A stretch of DNA of 64,000 nt from Eukaryota sp. TZLM1-RC (GCA_040285825.1 JAUPSS010000002.1:1488001-1552000); one strand, 5' to 3'; shown: positions 48,073-60,575, numbered from the stretch's first letter. The notes: generated by a model from the letters alone, not told the origin. A program made the numbers and translations.

Positions 48073-48136
48073 ATTCAAAAGTTCAAAACAGGGGTGAATT
48101 TCACAGGGGAATGCATGATTAGTGAAATTCACAGTA
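48073..48136. repeat. Orphan copy of the terminal hairpin found at the end of Fanzor locus 2
   Basis: AAAACAGG.GTGAATTTCACAGGGGAATGCATGAT.AGTGAAATTCACAGTA is shared with 22926-22977. Confidence 0.85.
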
Positions 48137-48246
48137 GGAAGTTTGAATGAAGGTATCAAAAAGTATTCTGATGTTACAAAATACTCTGTTCCTTTTCATT
48201 AGTGTACAAGACACCTATACCATTGTTATAGACATTACCTGTCAGA

Positions 48247-51200
48247 ATGGATGCAAACTCTCTCTTTGGACAGGGCTTTCATCTTGATGCCATTGTCCGT
48301 GGTTCTGGTTCAGAAGACTCTGGCTCTTTTGTACCTTATCGTGTCAACATTCTCTGCACACCTTCTTTTTTAGAACTTGTTATTCCACATTCCTCAGAAC
48401 TTGCCAAGAAATATGGTACTCAACGTTTTTCATACCATCCATACATGACAGTTGAAACAGATCCTTCTAATCCCTGTGTCATTAATATTTCTGATCGTGG
48501 TGTACTTTTAATTTCGTTGGAGGTGGACCCTGACGAAGCTCAGATATTTCAGTTTGCAATGAATTCATTTATAGATGAAAGTCCAGATGTGTTTGCTAAT
48601 ATTAATTACTCTAAGCAGACTGAAGAAAATGCTACAGAGAAAGCTGGATCTCTACAACCGAAATCTCGCACACTGTCTTCTGGAGATTCTGGCCATGGTT
48701 CAACCCAGAAGGTTCCTAAGGAACTTGAATTTACCAATAATCTTAGTCAATTAAAACCTCAATATGACCTTTTTAGTGATTTCAGTGAGGATGATGATAA
48801 TGACGTTACTCAAGAGAGTCTGTTCTATGACAATTACAGCAGATCTCCTGTTGAACTTAGTGATTCAGAGTTTGAAAATGAGCATGATGTAAGAGCAGGC
48901 ATTTCATCAAAACTAAATAAGATAAATAGGGATAAGAGAGACAGAACAAGTGGGTCAAGCCAACCCTACATTTCAATTAGAGAGCAAAGTACGTTAGAAC
49001 GGCATTCTCACACGAGGGACACTCAATCAATCGGTCAATCGCAAACAAAGAGTGCTTATAATCATTCAACCCACGCTTTGATACCAAATGCTGAAAGTAA
49101 CCACAGAACTCAAGATTCCTCTTCTGTGGTTCCACCCTCCTCAGAGAAGCTCAGTAGCAAGAGGCAAGGTGTCTCTACATCTCGTTCTTCTTCCAGGAGT
49201 TCTTCTCACATGAGGGACACTCAATCAATCGGTCAATCGCAAACAAAGAGTGCTTATATTCATTCAACCCACGCTTTGATACCAAATGCTGAATGTGACC
49301 ACAGAACTCAAGATTCCTCTTCTGTGGTTCCACTGTCCTCAGAGAAGCCCAGTAGTAAACGGCAAGGTGTCTCCACATCTCGTTCTTCTTCCAGGAGTTC
49401 TTCTCACATGAGGGACACTCAATCAATCGGTCAATCGCAAACAAAGAGTGCTTATAATCATTCAACCCACGCTTTGATACCAAATGCTGAAAGTGACCAC
49501 AGAACTCAAGATTCCTCTTCTGTGGTTCCACTGTCCTCAGAGAAGCCCAGTAGTAAACGGCAAGGTGTCTCCACATCTCGTTCTTCTTCCAGGAGTTCTT
49601 CTCACATGAGGGACACTCAATCAATCGGTCAATCGCAAACAAAGAGTGCTTATAATCATTCAACCCACGCTTTGATACCAAATGCTGAAAGTGACCACAG
49701 AACTCAAGATTCCTCTTCTGTGGTTCCACCTTCCTCAGAGAAGCCCAGCAGTAAAAGGCAAGGTGTCTCCACATCTCGTTCTTCTGCCAGGAGTTCTTCT
49801 CACATGAGGGACACTCAGTCAATCGGTCAATCGCAAACAAAGAGTGCTTATAATCATTCAACCCACACTTTGATACCAAATGCTGAATGTGACCACAGAA
49901 CTCAAGGTTCCTCTTCTGTGGTTCCACCCTCCTCAGAGAAGCCCAGCAGTAAAAGGCAAGAAGTCTCCACATCTCGTTCTTCTTCCAGGAGTTCTTCTCA
50001 CATGAGGGACATTCAATCAATCGGTCAATCGCAAACAAACAGTGCTTATAATCATTCAACCCACGCTTTGATACCAAATGCTGAAAAAGACCACAGAACT
50101 CAAGGTTCCTCTTCTGTGGTTCCACCCTCCTCAGAGAAGCCCAGCAGTAAAAGGCAAGGTGTCTCCACATCTCGTTCTTCTTCCAGGAGTTCTTCTCACA
50201 TGAGGGACACTCAATCAATCGGTCAATCGCAAACAAAGAGTGCTTATAATCATTCAACCCACGCTTTGATACCAAATGCTGAAAAAGACCACAGAACTCA
50301 AGATTCCTCTTCTGTGGTTCCACCTTCCTCAGAGAAGCCCAGTAGTAAAAGGCAAGGTGTCTCCACATCTCGTTCTTCTTCCAGGAGTTCTTCTCACATG
50401 AGGGACACTCAATCAATCGGTCAATCGCAAACAAAGAGTGCTTATAATCATTCAACCCACGCTTTGATACCAAATGCTGAAAGTGACCACAGAACTCAAG
50501 ATTCCTCTTCTGTGGTTCCACCTTCCTCAGAGAAGCCCAGTAGTAAAAAGGCAAGGTGTCTCCACATCTCGTTCTTCTTCCAGGAGTTCTTCTCACATGA
50601 GGGACACTCAATCAATCGGTCAATCGCAAACAAAGAGTGCTTATAATCATTCAACCCACGTTTTGATACCAAATGCTGAAAGTGACCACAGAACTCAAGA
50701 TTCCTCTTCTGTGGTTCCACCTTCCTCAGAGAAGCCCAGCAGTAAAAGGCAAGGTGTCTCCACATCTCGTTCTTCTTCCAGGAGTTCTTCTCACATGAGG
50801 GACACTCAATCAATCGGTCAATCGCAAACAAAGAGTGCTTATAATCATTCAACCCACGCTTTGATACCAAATGCTGAAAGTGACCACAGAACTCAAGATT
50901 CCTCTTCTGTGGTTCCACCTTCCTCAGAGAAGCCCAGTAGTAAAAGGCAAGGTGTCTCCACATCTCGTTCTTCTTCCAGGAGTTCTTCTCACATGAGGGA
51001 CACTCAATCAATCGGTCAATCGCAAACAAAGAGTGCTTATAATCATTCAACCCACGCTTTGATACCAAATGCTGAAAGTGACCACAGAACTCAAGATTCC
51101 TCTTCTGTGGTTCCACCTTCCTCAGAGAAGCCCAGTAGTAAAAGGCAAGGTGTCTCCACATCTCGTTCTTCTTCCAGGAGTTCTTCTCACATGAGGGACA

Positions 51201-53411
51201 CTCAATCAATCGGTCAATCGCAAACAAAGAGTGCTTATAATCATTCAACCCACGTTTTGATACCAAATGCTGAAAGTGACCACAGAACTCAAGATTCCTC
51301 TTCTGTGGTTCCACCTTCCTCAGAGAAGCCCAGTAGTAAAAGGCAAGGTGTCTCCACATCTCGTTCTTCTTCCAGGAGTTCTTCTCACATGAGGGACACT
51401 CAATCAATCAGTCAATCGCAAACAAAGAGTGCTTATAATCATTCAACCCACGCTTTAATACCAAATGCTGAAAGTGACCACAGAACTCAAGATTCCTCTT
51501 CTGTGGTTCCACCTTCCTCAGGGAAGCCCAGTAGTAAAAGGCAAGGTGTCTCCACATCTCGTTCTTCTTCCAGGAGTTCTTCTCACATGAGGGACACTCA
51601 ATCAATCGGTCAATCGCAAACAAAGAGTGCTTATAATCATTCAACCCACGCTTTAATACCAAATGCTGAAAGTGACCACAGAACTCAAGATTCCTCTTCT
51701 GTGGTATCACCCTCCTCAGAGAAGCCCAGCAGTAAAAGGCAAGGTGTCTCCACATCTCGTTCTTCTTCCAGGAGTTCTTCTCACATGAGGGACACTCAAT
51801 CAATCGGTCAATCGCAAACAAAGAGTGCTTATAATCATTCAACCCACACTTTGATACCAAATGCTGAAAGTGACCACAGAACTCAAGATTCCTCTTCTGT
51901 GGTTCCACCTTCCTCAGAGAAGCCCAGTAGTAAAAAGGCAAGGTGTCTCCACATCTCGTTCTTCTTCCAGGAGTTCTTCTCACATGAGGGACACTCAATC
52001 AATCGGTCAATCGCAAACAAAGAGTGCTTATAATCATTCAACCCACGCTTTGATACCAAATGCTGAAAGTGACCACAGAACTCAAGATTCCTCTTCTGTG
52101 GTTCCACCTTCCTCAGAGAAGCCCAGTAGTAAAAGGCAAGGTGTCTCCACATCTCGTTCTTCTTCCAGGAGTTCTTCTCACATGAGGGACACTCAATCAA
52201 TCGGTCAATCGCAAACAAAGAGTGCTTATAATCATTCAACCCACGCTTTGATACCAAATGCTGAAAGTGACCACAGAACTCAAGATTCCTCTTCTGTGGT
52301 TCCACTCTCCTCGGAGAAGGCCAGTGGAAGGCCACCTTCTCCTCTCGTTATTCGCCCTTGTTCTCGAGATTCTTCGAAACCTTGTCCCGAAGAACACACT
52401 TCTACTCTATTAGATTCTGAATACTGTGACAATAGTCCTCATTCCAGTCCATTGACCCTGTTCTCTTCTCTCCAAGATCAAATTTCCCGGGAAATTCAAA
52501 AGGCTCAACAATTATTGAACCCATCCACCAATACTGATCCGGAAGCACAGTCCCCGTGTCCTGAACTCTCTTCTTCTGAGTCTTCTGATGTTGAAACAGA
52601 AATAGAAATTCCTCCACTTGCAGGGTCTGGGACACTTTCTTTACATAAGGGTCTCGTTCCTCAGCACTATGTACCTGATCCTCCTTCTCCCACTGTGGAA
52701 GAAAAGATCCAAGAAAAGATGTCATCCTCTTCGCCCTATCATTTGGTTCCAATGTTGAGACAATTGCGAACTGAAACTTTTAGCCCATTGTCCACGGTTC
52801 CTCAATCCCCTCCTTCCCACAGAACTACTTCCGCTCGTGATAGGTCCACAGTTCGTAGGCTTGGGTCTGATTGTGATGTCACTCCACATGCCAATTCGCT
52901 TTCCCTACAATCGTCAACAACTAGAAATATTTCATCAATTAATCCACCCGTATTTATTCCAACATTGTCCATCCGCGATGAGTTATGTGAGGAGAAAAGA
53001 AGATCTCGATCAATATCAGAGTCGTTCAGTAGTCGGCGATCAGATGCCATGAAAGCATTGTGTACAGTGATGCCATCTCCCCGAAATCCCAACCTGAGTC
53101 CATCGACCCCCAAAGCTCCACCGTCTCCTTTTCTTCAAAGTCCCAGAGAACGTAAATCCAGAGATGTGAATTTCACATCCCCAAAATCCAACTTGTCCTT
53201 AAGAAAGACACAGTTTTGTTTTAAAGATCCACTTTCTGATTCTACCACTTCTTTGGATACAACCCTTCCTTCCCTAGATGTTCCACTGTCGGACGGATGG
53301 TCAGTTTTGCCCAGGAAAGGAAAGTTCCCTCGACCATTGTATCGTAATTCTCCTTTAGATTCAAGTCTACCAAGAATACCATTTTCTCCTTCTTTTAAAA
53401 GCAGGATTTAG
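48247..53411 (+). CDS. Giant Ser-rich protein (~1700 aa) with a putative PH-like N-terminal domain, ~17 x 66-aa repeats and an SP-rich C-terminus; two +1 A frameshifts are probably sequencing errors
   Basis: ORFs 48247-50646, 50474-52033 and 51861-53411 join if one A is removed from AGTAAAAAGG at ~50545 and ~51932 (most other copies read AGTAAAAGG). Confidence 0.8.
49003..52325 (+). repeat. Coding tandem repeat, 198-bp unit, ~17 copies
   Basis: GGGACACTCAATCAATCGG (with minor variants) recurs every 198 bp from ~49016 to ~52186. Confidence 0.97.
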
Positions 53412-53768
53412 GTTTAGTTATTGTCCACAATTTATGTTTGCACCTTGTATTATATGTATAGAACTCTTTTTTAATTGTAATTTTTTCTTTTAAGTGACAC
53501 CAAACCTATTCATTATTATCTTAAATGTTAATATTAACAATTAATTAATTATTTGATTAATTAATTATATTGTATATTTCAAAACTTTTCTGACAGAACA
53601 ACAAATCATAAAGAAATTGTAGTTTGGTTTATTGTGTTTTGATTCTGGGGCATTGAACAGGCGGTGAGAACAAATTAAACCCCTAATGTTCCAAGATAAT
53701 ATTGTAAAAATAAATCACACATAGAAATCCGTACAAAAAACCTAATGCGTAAATGATAGATTCAAGAC

Positions 53769-54047
53769 TCAATTCTGATCTTCAACACGAAGTTCACTAA
53801 TGCTTATAAAAGTTTTTTGGTCTAAAACAGAGGCATCAGTGGACATATCTCGTTCCAAATCATGAAGAGGTTCCTTTGTCAACATGTCAGAGATGGTAAA
53901 CTCACTATCCAACGGCTTTCCCAGAATAGAAGGAATTTGAGAGTGAATCTGCCTTTCCAAATCATCTAAAGATGGAGGTTGCACTTGTTCTTTTATAAGA
54001 GATTTGTTGAACGGTTCATATGTATGAAACGTGTAAGTGTTGGTCAT
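53769..54047 (-). CDS. Hypothetical small acidic protein
   Basis: ATG-initiated ORF of 92 aa, divergent from the NOL11-like gene. Confidence 0.4.
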   Translation of the reverse strand: MTNTYTFHTYEPFNKSLIKEQVQPPSLDDLERQIHSQIPSILGKPLDSEFTISDMLTKEPLHDLERDMSTDASVLDQKTFISISELRVEDQN

Positions 54048-54105
54048 GGGCAAAATCTAAAAGCAAAATCATTTGAACTTTGAGTTGGATTTAACTGGCC
54101 TCCAT

Positions 54106-55920
54106 ATGAACTTTGAGTCTTCCTATGACCTTTCTCTTCCATCAACTATTGGAGTGACACCTGTAGATGACTCTCTCCTAATAACCTCCAAAAATGCAAT
54201 TACTTTGTGGGAAAATGGTAAAGAATTAGCTAGTTGGATGCTTGAACCAGGATCTTTCACTGAAGGCTTCACTGTTCCTTGTACAGCTACTTCGTCTGAC
54301 TCAGTCAGTCGTTTCTGGGCCGTTGTTGATGGTACAAAAATTGTTACTTGGCTACGGATACATCGTAATATACCAACTCCTGTCTTCACTTGTAGTTCAT
54401 CAGTTGTCAATATACACCCTTACACCTCTGGTATCGTTTGTTCACTCTCTACGAATCAACTCATTCCAATCTCAACGGACTATGTTGATAATCCATTACC
54501 TATGGAGTCTGACGTGATCTCCCTCAACCTTCCCTGTACGACCAACAACTCTCTCATCAGTTCCTTCTCTGTCTTTTATCACGGATCTCCTTATATTCTC
54601 ACCCTTTCCTATACCTCACCTCACCTTAACCTCAATTTTTTCCACATCTCCCCTATCCTTGAAATCACTCATGCTTCAACAGCATCTATTCACTTTCCCG
54701 ACTATGTTTCCTCTTCTTTTTGTTCTTCTTCATTCTCTCTGTGCCTAGTTGATTTTGATTGTGTTTCAATTTTCTCTCTTTCTGATATGGAACCTGTCAA
54801 AGAATCTGTGGTACATGTACCATTTCAAGGAATCACATTGTCATTTGGTTTAAGTTGTGGTTCATTTGTTTTTGCTAACCAGAAGCAGGTTTGTTGCCTA
54901 CAGTTCGGTAACTATTATGAATCAAATATGACTGACTTTGGTAGAATTCTCGCAGTTTCTGAACATTTAGATAGACTTTTAGTAATTTCTGATCAGAAAA
55001 TTTTCCTTATAACATCACCAAAAGTCCAAACTTTTGCTGATTTGTTTGATGTTCCTTCTGAAACTTTAGCAGCAACGTTTACAAGAGATGATATTCCTCA
55101 CATTATAAAGACAGTCAGTGAATCTGGTCTAAGTGAATTTGGTAGTGATTATTTGATTGATTTTATTAATTATTGTATTGATAATGAATTTTTTGAAATT
55201 GTTGCTTTTATTTATCTTTCAATTCCTGATCTTCCGGTCGAAAACTCAATCAAATGTCTTTTGCAGTTTATTGACTCTTCACGTGATGAGTTTCCGTATG
55301 CCAGTCTTATTGATTGGTCTTCTTTAATCAAGAGAGTTTTTAACTGTCAATCAACCAATGATAGTCTTGTACTGTCTGATGAAACTTCCTTTATCGATCC
55401 AAGTAATTGGTGGGCCAATGAAGTTGTACCTATTCTGGAAAAACTTGGTATTTATAAACCACAGACTCAAAATATGGAGGAATCGATAGTCTCTGAGATT
55501 CAAATTAATTTTGACCGTCTGGTTTTGATTTTTGGTCTTTTAAACGTGACAAGTACCCCCAAAATGATTCAAGGTTGTTTTACTAATCTTTTAGACACTC
55601 ATCACTTGAATTCAATCGTTTCCTTTTTTAATTCAATCTTAACATCAGTTCTATTAGATCCTTATATTCATTCAACGTTTAGGTATTTGTTTTTAATTAA
55701 AATTCCAAAGTTTTTGGGGGCTCTAATTGATTCTCAATTGGTAAATATAGGTGTAAATTGTGATGCCAATATTTTAAAAAACCTGTCAAATCTCACTCAA
55801 TTAGTATTGATTGAAGGTAAGAAGTCGATGGAAATCTTGGGAATAATGACCTCTTCACATGTTCCTATCAGTTTCAACAAAAAACCACTAATTGAAAAAG
55901 AATTTATTAATCTTGAATAG
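54106..55920 (+). CDS. NOL11/Utp8-like nucleolar protein (divergent)
   Basis: N-terminal SW...F..P.....WAVVDG.KIVTW, and C-terminal LIDSQL and IEKEFINL, resembling NOL11. Confidence 0.5.
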   Translation: MNFESSYDLSLPSTIGVTPVDDSLLITSKNAITLWENGKELASWMLEPGSFTEGFTVPCTATSSDSVSRFWAVVDGTKIVTWLRIHRNIPTPVFTCSSSVVNIHPYTSGIVCSLSTNQLIPISTDYVDNPLPMESDVISLNLPCTTNNSLISSFSVFYHGSPYILTLSYTSPHLNLNFFHISPILEITHASTASIHFPDYVSSSFCSSSFSLCLVDFDCVSIFSLSDMEPVKESVVHVPFQGITLSFGLSCGSFVFANQKQVCCLQFGNYYESNMTDFGRILAVSEHLDRLLVISDQKIFLITSPKVQTFADLFDVPSETLAATFTRDDIPHIIKTVSESGLSEFGSDYLIDFINYCIDNEFFEIVAFIYLSIPDLPVENSIKCLLQFIDSSRDEFPYASLIDWSSLIKRVFNCQSTNDSLVLSDETSFIDPSNWWANEVVPILEKLGIYKPQTQNMEESIVSEIQINFDRLVLIFGLLNVTSTPKMIQGCFTNLLDTHHLNSIVSFFNSILTSVLLDPYIHSTFRYLFLIKIPKFLGALIDSQLVNIGVNCDANILKNLSNLTQLVLIEGKKSMEILGIMTSSHVPISFNKKPLIEKEFINLE

Positions 55921-56070
55921 TTATTTTAGTCTTTTAGTTTAAATAAAATTTACAAATCAACATAGTAAAAAATGGAAAAAATAAAAAAATGGAAAAATTA
56001 TCCATAAAAAGCTATAATATATACAAAATAAATTGATAAACAATCAATACAAAAAAAACAAAATGTACAA

Positions 56071-56502
56071 TTAAGGTGACTCCAGTGTAGAATTAGGTAA
56101 CTCATTCTGTTTGTGTACAAAGGGAGACTGCACTAGTGAACCCTCTTGATCAACAAATGTTCCACATGTAACTTTGGCATTAACAGACCTGCTGTTGAGA
56201 TTTGACGAATCTCTCTTCTTAACGGGTGAATGAAATGTATTGCGTTCCTGATGACCAAGAGCAAATGCCTGAACTAAGTCAAAGGTTGAAGAGTCAATAA
56301 AGCCATCCAAACGCAGAAAGTCATCCTCATCATCAGAAGGCATATCAATAGATGTTGGAAGTGATTGAAGATCAGTAGCATTCTGAGGCATGCTGCTGTT
56401 GAGAGAGGTTCCAAATGAAGAATGATGAGAGTTGTTGATTTCTTGTTCTATCTCAGTAACCAAAGACTTTGAGTGACACGTCTTTGCCAGAAGTGCACCC
56501 AT
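56071..56502 (-). CDS. Hypothetical protein with a predicted N-myristoylation (and possible palmitoylation) N-terminus
   Basis: MGALLAKTC start; 143-aa ORF. Confidence 0.6.
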   Translation of the reverse strand: MGALLAKTCHSKSLVTEIEQEINNSHHSSFGTSLNSSMPQNATDLQSLPTSIDMPSDDEDDFLRLDGFIDSSTFDLVQAFALGHQERNTFHSPVKKRDSSNLNSRSVNAKVTCGTFVDQEGSLVQSPFVHKQNELPNSTLESP

Positions 56503-56690
56503 AAGGGTAGAATAATTGGATGTTGTAACAAGTATGACTAAAGTGGACCAAAAATCAAAATTAAAGTATTTTAGCTGTAACTTTTTTTTCTTCCTTCCAC
56601 TACATAAAACCGTTTAACTTAAAACCTGGCTGAACTGCGATCATTGCTTCTATTCTTTCTTGTTGATGCCTGAATCAGTTTCTGATTCCA

Positions 56691-57377
56691 ATGGAGTCAA
56701 AACAAAGAACGATAGACAACAAGATGCTCAAGACGTCCTTTCCACCTCTCCTCCTCAACCTCTACTCTCTTCATTTTTGGACAAAAAAAATTTCTGATCA
56801 AGAATTTTTAGAAAATCACGATGAAAACAAAGTTTGTTCAAAAACGAAGCCACGCTCCTACAGATGCTCAAAATGTCGACAACAAGGACATAATGCTCAA
56901 ACATGCCCCAATGTTGGAAAAAATGATGTGACAAATTCTGAAACAAAATGTAAAAGAAAATTTATTAGAAGAACAGAGTCTAAGGTAGAACCAATAAATG
57001 ATTCTCCACAGGTTGTTCCAAAACCAGTTAACAATCGATTCAAGTACAAAACTTGCAACAATTGTGGTATTTCTTTTAGAAAAAATGCAAAAGGAAAAAC
57101 GGCTGATCGATGCTTGAAATGCCGCATAGTTGATAACTATCATCCTCCCAAAAGAATACCTCAAGAAATTCATCCGACCAAATGCAATGAATTTGCTTTC
57201 GTTTTTCAAAGTTTTTTGGATCAATTATGTAAAGGAAAGTATGCTATCATTATGCTTTGGGAATTTTTTGGTTCTTTTTGTGGTGGCAATCTATCGAGTT
57301 CACAAGATACTTCATTCAAATATGGACTGCAACTGGAAACTAACAAAATCACAGACAACATCAACATTTTCCCTTGA
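56691..57377 (+). CDS. CCHC zinc-knuckle plus CxxC..CxxC protein, probably transposon-derived and truncated
   Basis: YRCSKCRQQGHNAQTCP and CNNC...CLKC; abuts a LINE fragment. Confidence 0.45.
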   Translation: MESKQRTIDNKMLKTSFPPLLLNLYSLHFWTKKISDQEFLENHDENKVCSKTKPRSYRCSKCRQQGHNAQTCPNVGKNDVTNSETKCKRKFIRRTESKVEPINDSPQVVPKPVNNRFKYKTCNNCGISFRKNAKGKTADRCLKCRIVDNYHPPKRIPQEIHPTKCNEFAFVFQSFLDQLCKGKYAIIMLWEFFGSFCGGNLSSSQDTSFKYGLQLETNKITDNINIFP

Positions 57378-57650
57378 TAAATTAACACTAAGAGCAGCAG
57401 CATTCACTCCGTCACAAGTGCCTATACCAAATTTAAAAGCAACATGAAAATCTTTAGCACTTTCTTGATACGATTGAAAACCAGTTTAGATAAGACGTGA
57501 GATCACTCCGCCAATTGCAATGGGACGAACTCTTCCATTTGACTTCGCTAATGGAATCAATCTTGAAGAACATACTTCTGCAGGAAAGCTTTTAGAATTT
57601 TGCATAATTAAATTGTATAAACGGGTCAGTCAAGGTATTGCTAAATTGAA
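57370..57650 (-). mobile_element. RLE-LINE RT N-terminal fragment
   Basis: The minus strand reads SSRLIPLAKSNGRVRPIAIGGVISRL...FGIG. Confidence 0.75.
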
Positions 57651-57669
57651 AAAGTGAGTTACAGCTCAT

Positions 57670-59800
57670 TTATTTATTGAATTTGCACACTTAATTAAAT
57701 TAACTCATAACTAATGGGACGAAATTCATTGAACCAAGATTTCCTCTACAAAATCTTGATCTGCTTGCTGTCTCGCTAAAGCTTCTCTAATTCGATTGAA
57801 AAAACGAGGCAATCCATTAATTATGGCAAATTGAATTCAAAAGCGCCATAAAAAGATATCAAATCTTTTCATTGTTTTTCGTTCAACCATTTTTTGAAAA
57901 TCATTCAAAAAAGTGCGGCTTCTACTGATAGTCTTCCCTATATCGAAAATGGGAAAGCAATAAAAACCAGTGGTGTATTTCTACCAGTATTAGCCTCTTC
58001 GATAACTTTGTGATATTTTCTATGTTTTTCTTTAGCTTTAAAATCAAGAGCACTCAAAGGATTAAGTTTTCTTCTGTAAACCAAAGTGTCTTTTGCAACA
58101 TTACAGGAGACAAAGTCAACACCAGCTTCAGAGTTTTCAATCCAATCACAGTATACATCACCTCTATCATCAGAACCAAAACTATTCAATGACAGTGTTT
58201 CCTTCAGCAGAGGTTCTTTGATACACAAAATTCTTGCAGTTTGGGCCATATTAAAAACAGAGTCTCTAACAGTATCATGTAATGAAGAACGATAAGTTAG
58301 CAGTTTCGAACAATTAATAGCATGGCGCAAAGTGAGTTGAGGTGAATTCGAACAAATACATTTTTCTTTTGATAATAATTGATTAATACTGTTGTTGTTA
58401 CTGATAAACTAACTTGGTAGATAGATGTAGACAGATGAGGAATTCACATGATGACGTGGCACTGGTTCAAGAACAAGTATTTTTATTAATAAATCTCCTA
58501 TTTCTTCTTTTCATCTTTGGTATTTCTGCCTAACGGCATCAATAGGGATATTCAAAGATAATTTCATTTTTGTTACAAACGCATCATTAGTACCACACAG
58601 TCTAAATCTTTGGTACAATGGTTACAAACAGTGAAGAATCTGATGACTGGTTTTCACAAACACCCTTTTCCAATAACAATGAGTGGAGATCTTGACTTAA
58701 AACAGACGAGCTGCATATATTATTATAAAGATCATTTTAATACATTCCAGTCAATCGTTTCTGTAATGTTCGCAGAGTGTATTGTAAATCTAAGAAATTC
58801 TTTTCCGCTAGATTACCATTGAATGATTGGGGAAAGCATCAACTCCATTTTTCTACATCAATTTTTGAAATTTTATCATTTAAAGCAAAAAAGTAGAACT
58901 TTGCGTTGTCATTAATAAATTTTCCCAATCGGCAAATCTTGCAGAAAACTCAAAAATTGCATTTCTACATCCACCAATAAAAGCACATGAAGTAAGAATA
59001 AAAGCCTTTGTCCAACCTAAACCGCCATAATGTATACTAAGATCAGCATGAGCAGGAATTTGGAACATTTTACATCCTAGTAATTGTGATAAATTTTTTG
59101 CATGTAGTTCATTGAACTTTCGGGCCAAAGGCCTAGAGATAAGAGGATTTGTAGATCGAATTATAGGATTAAAGTTGGAACTAAAACATAGTCTTATAAT
59201 CGTAAATTTGATATATTTAGGTATATCTAAAGTCATCATTCGGTCAATTTGTTCAGAAATCGAGTTCAACTTTTTCAAACAATTCTTTGGTAATTTCATC
59301 ATTATTTCCTCAAAACGAACCCAAATGACGAATAGCATCAATTGAATATAATTTGGCTTGAATTTCAATACCATCAACTGGTGTAGAAACTGGAGAATTT
59401 GAAAGTAAAACACATTTCAGTAAATTAAGTTGGAGGCCAATTTTGTTAAATAGTTCTTTGAAACATACAGTTGCTTTTTTCACAATCTTTATATCACCTA
59501 TAAGTACAACATCATCCATATATGCAATCATTTTTAGCGAATGAAACATCACTTGAATTTGTAATAAAATAGAATGAATGGCCAAACAAAACAAAAGAGG
59601 TCCAAAAGGATCTCCTTGCTTTACACCACTTGATGATTTCAAAATAGAATTACCAAAATGCAAATTAGAATTTGAGCTATATGTTGTTTGAAAATAAGGC
59701 ATTAATTCTGGCAAATATTGTAACAAAGCACCATGAATACTGCAACGACTGAGTGAATTGAATGCATTGCTAAAATCCAACGACATACAAACATTGGACA
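57670..59800 (-). mobile_element. 5'-truncated RLE non-LTR retrotransposon, same family as 46335-47510
   Basis: RT LDFSNAFNS, GVKQGDP.GPLLF, AYMDD and GLQLN..KC; YGGLG; RLE RGDVY...KEKHRKY; AATAAA at the 3' end. Carries a ~234-bp foreign insert at 58355-58588. Confidence 0.9.
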
Positions 59801-59849
59801 TTGCATGGATAGAAACATGTTTCCAACAAAATAATTTTCCTACATCCCA

Positions 59850-60365
59850 ATGCGTGGTCACGTACTACTTGTGCTCTTGGCCGTCCTGGTTTTTTCATCA
59901 GCCAAGCCAATTACGCCGGAATTGCGTTGTAGTGCTTGTCGTACCATAGTCAAACTTATAAATGAAGGACTTGCCAATCTTCCACAAAGAAATGTCAATG
60001 TAGGATGGAGAATAGACTCTCAAGGTAAACGTGTCACAAAGCAAGTACCCCTTAGCAAAAGCCATGAAGGTGTCTCCCAGGTGTTGGACGAGCTCTGTGA
60101 AGATCTTGGTTCATATGGTATTTATACTGACCCCACCGGAGTTAAGCATTTCAAATCTTTGTCCGGAGGAAGCATTTCTGGGTCATTCTCTATTGATGGA
60201 GAATCCAGTGCTTTTTTTGGCAGGGAATGCCGTCGTGTTGCTGGAGGGTTTGAGTCTGAGATTAGTGACATTATATTTGCCGAAGAAGACCTCTATGAAA
60301 CGCTTTGTCTAGATGTTCTAGAGGTTTGTGATACCAATATGGCTATTTTTGAACAGGAGCTGTAA
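59850..60365 (+). CDS. CNPY2: Canopy/CNPY (saposin-like DUF3456) ER protein
   Basis: Signal peptide, CSAC, VGWRIDSQGKR, LDELCE, LC....VC, and KDEL-like EQEL at the C-terminus. Confidence 0.85.
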   Translation: MRGHVLLVLLAVLVFSSAKPITPELRCSACRTIVKLINEGLANLPQRNVNVGWRIDSQGKRVTKQVPLSKSHEGVSQVLDELCEDLGSYGIYTDPTGVKHFKSLSGGSISGSFSIDGESSAFFGRECRRVAGGFESEISDIIFAEEDLYETLCLDVLEVCDTNMAIFEQEL

Positions 60366-60575
60366 GAAGCTTATGCAATTAGATATTTATTTTGAAAATG
60401 TTGAAATAAGCACGTTTTATTGATAAAAACACTCTTTAAATGCAATTGTAAATGATATTACCTAATCACGTTATTATTATCCTTAAATACAAATGTTTCA
60501 ACACTAATTGAAAGATATATAAAAAAGATAATAAATAAACAACTGTACAACTAAATTATAATAATAATATAAATA

